This document shows, one piece after another, positions 63,469 to 64,000 of a stretch of DNA of 64,000 nucleotides (its first letter is position 1; the number at the start of each line of letters is the position of its first letter). The notes beneath the pieces are model-generated. The model saw only the letters and a list, made by a program, of their open reading frames with translations, was not told the origin of the DNA and did not search any database. The position numbers were made by a program, and so were the translations under genes. The stretch is from Bugula neritina. Taxonomy: Eukaryota; Animalia; Bryozoa. Location of the stretch: the NCBI GenBank assembly GCA_964035545.1, contig OZ037770.1, positions 14,436,642 to 14,500,641 on the forward strand. The letters run 5' to 3'.

Positions 63469-64000
63469 TTTTTCTGAGTCACTCACTACTAATCCTATTA
63501 TTTTAATGACTAACATTAGTTTCATATTCCTCTAAATGTCTTTTCCCTAAGTCAACCAAATGTTATGTATTATTTGTGCATTGGATCTAAATTATCTTGA
63601 AATAGTTCTACACTTTGTTTTAGTTTTTATTGCTTTACATGTCTAGAACCAGTCAGATGGTGACTATATTTTTCTATAGCTTAACCTTTCAATTTCTATA
63701 ATAAATATTGCTTGTGGCAATGTCACATTGGAAGCAAGAATGACGCACAGGAAATCGTTAACTATTTCTGCTTTAATTATGCATTTATGGTGGAAAGTTT
63801 TGTATTTGAACTACAAGGTTTTGTTAGATGTATTATGTACTCAAAATATGCTTTGCTACATGATAGAGCTAACATGTATTATATTGCCTCAATATTTTTG
63901 CAGAGCCCTCTCCTTCTTTCTTTGTTAGAGCCAGGAGATTGATTTACTTTTTGTAAATTACTACGTGAAGTTTTTTGCTATCCGTTATTTTGTATTACAG

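Overview
AT-rich, intron-containing animal (invertebrate-like) genomic DNA; the species cannot be determined from sequence alone. All gene models were built by hand-translating exons and checking splice sites and phases. From left to right: (1) a minus-strand Fringe-family (GT31) cluster. Paralog A has an intact 10-exon ORF but has lost its DDD and GGAG catalytic motifs. Gene B has intact catalytic motifs and two alternative TM/stem/first-catalytic-strand exons feeding one set of nine shared exons. (2) A full-length, very young Gmr1-type Gypsy LTR retrotransposon (PR-INT-RT-RH order, apparently identical 541-bp LTRs, CATTA TSD) between the two paralogs. (3) A CHST/HNK-1-type carbohydrate sulfotransferase (+). 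(4) A single-pass membrane protein with FN3-like and two atypical F-type-lectin domains (-). (5) A single-exon class A GPCR (-). (6) melted/VEPH1 (+). MITEs, a hAT-like element and tRNA-derived SINEs are scattered throughout. The most striking unexplained pattern is that many intronic minisatellites are tandem copies of the neighbouring splice junction itself: donor arrays, acceptor arrays, and one intron made entirely of GT...AG units.
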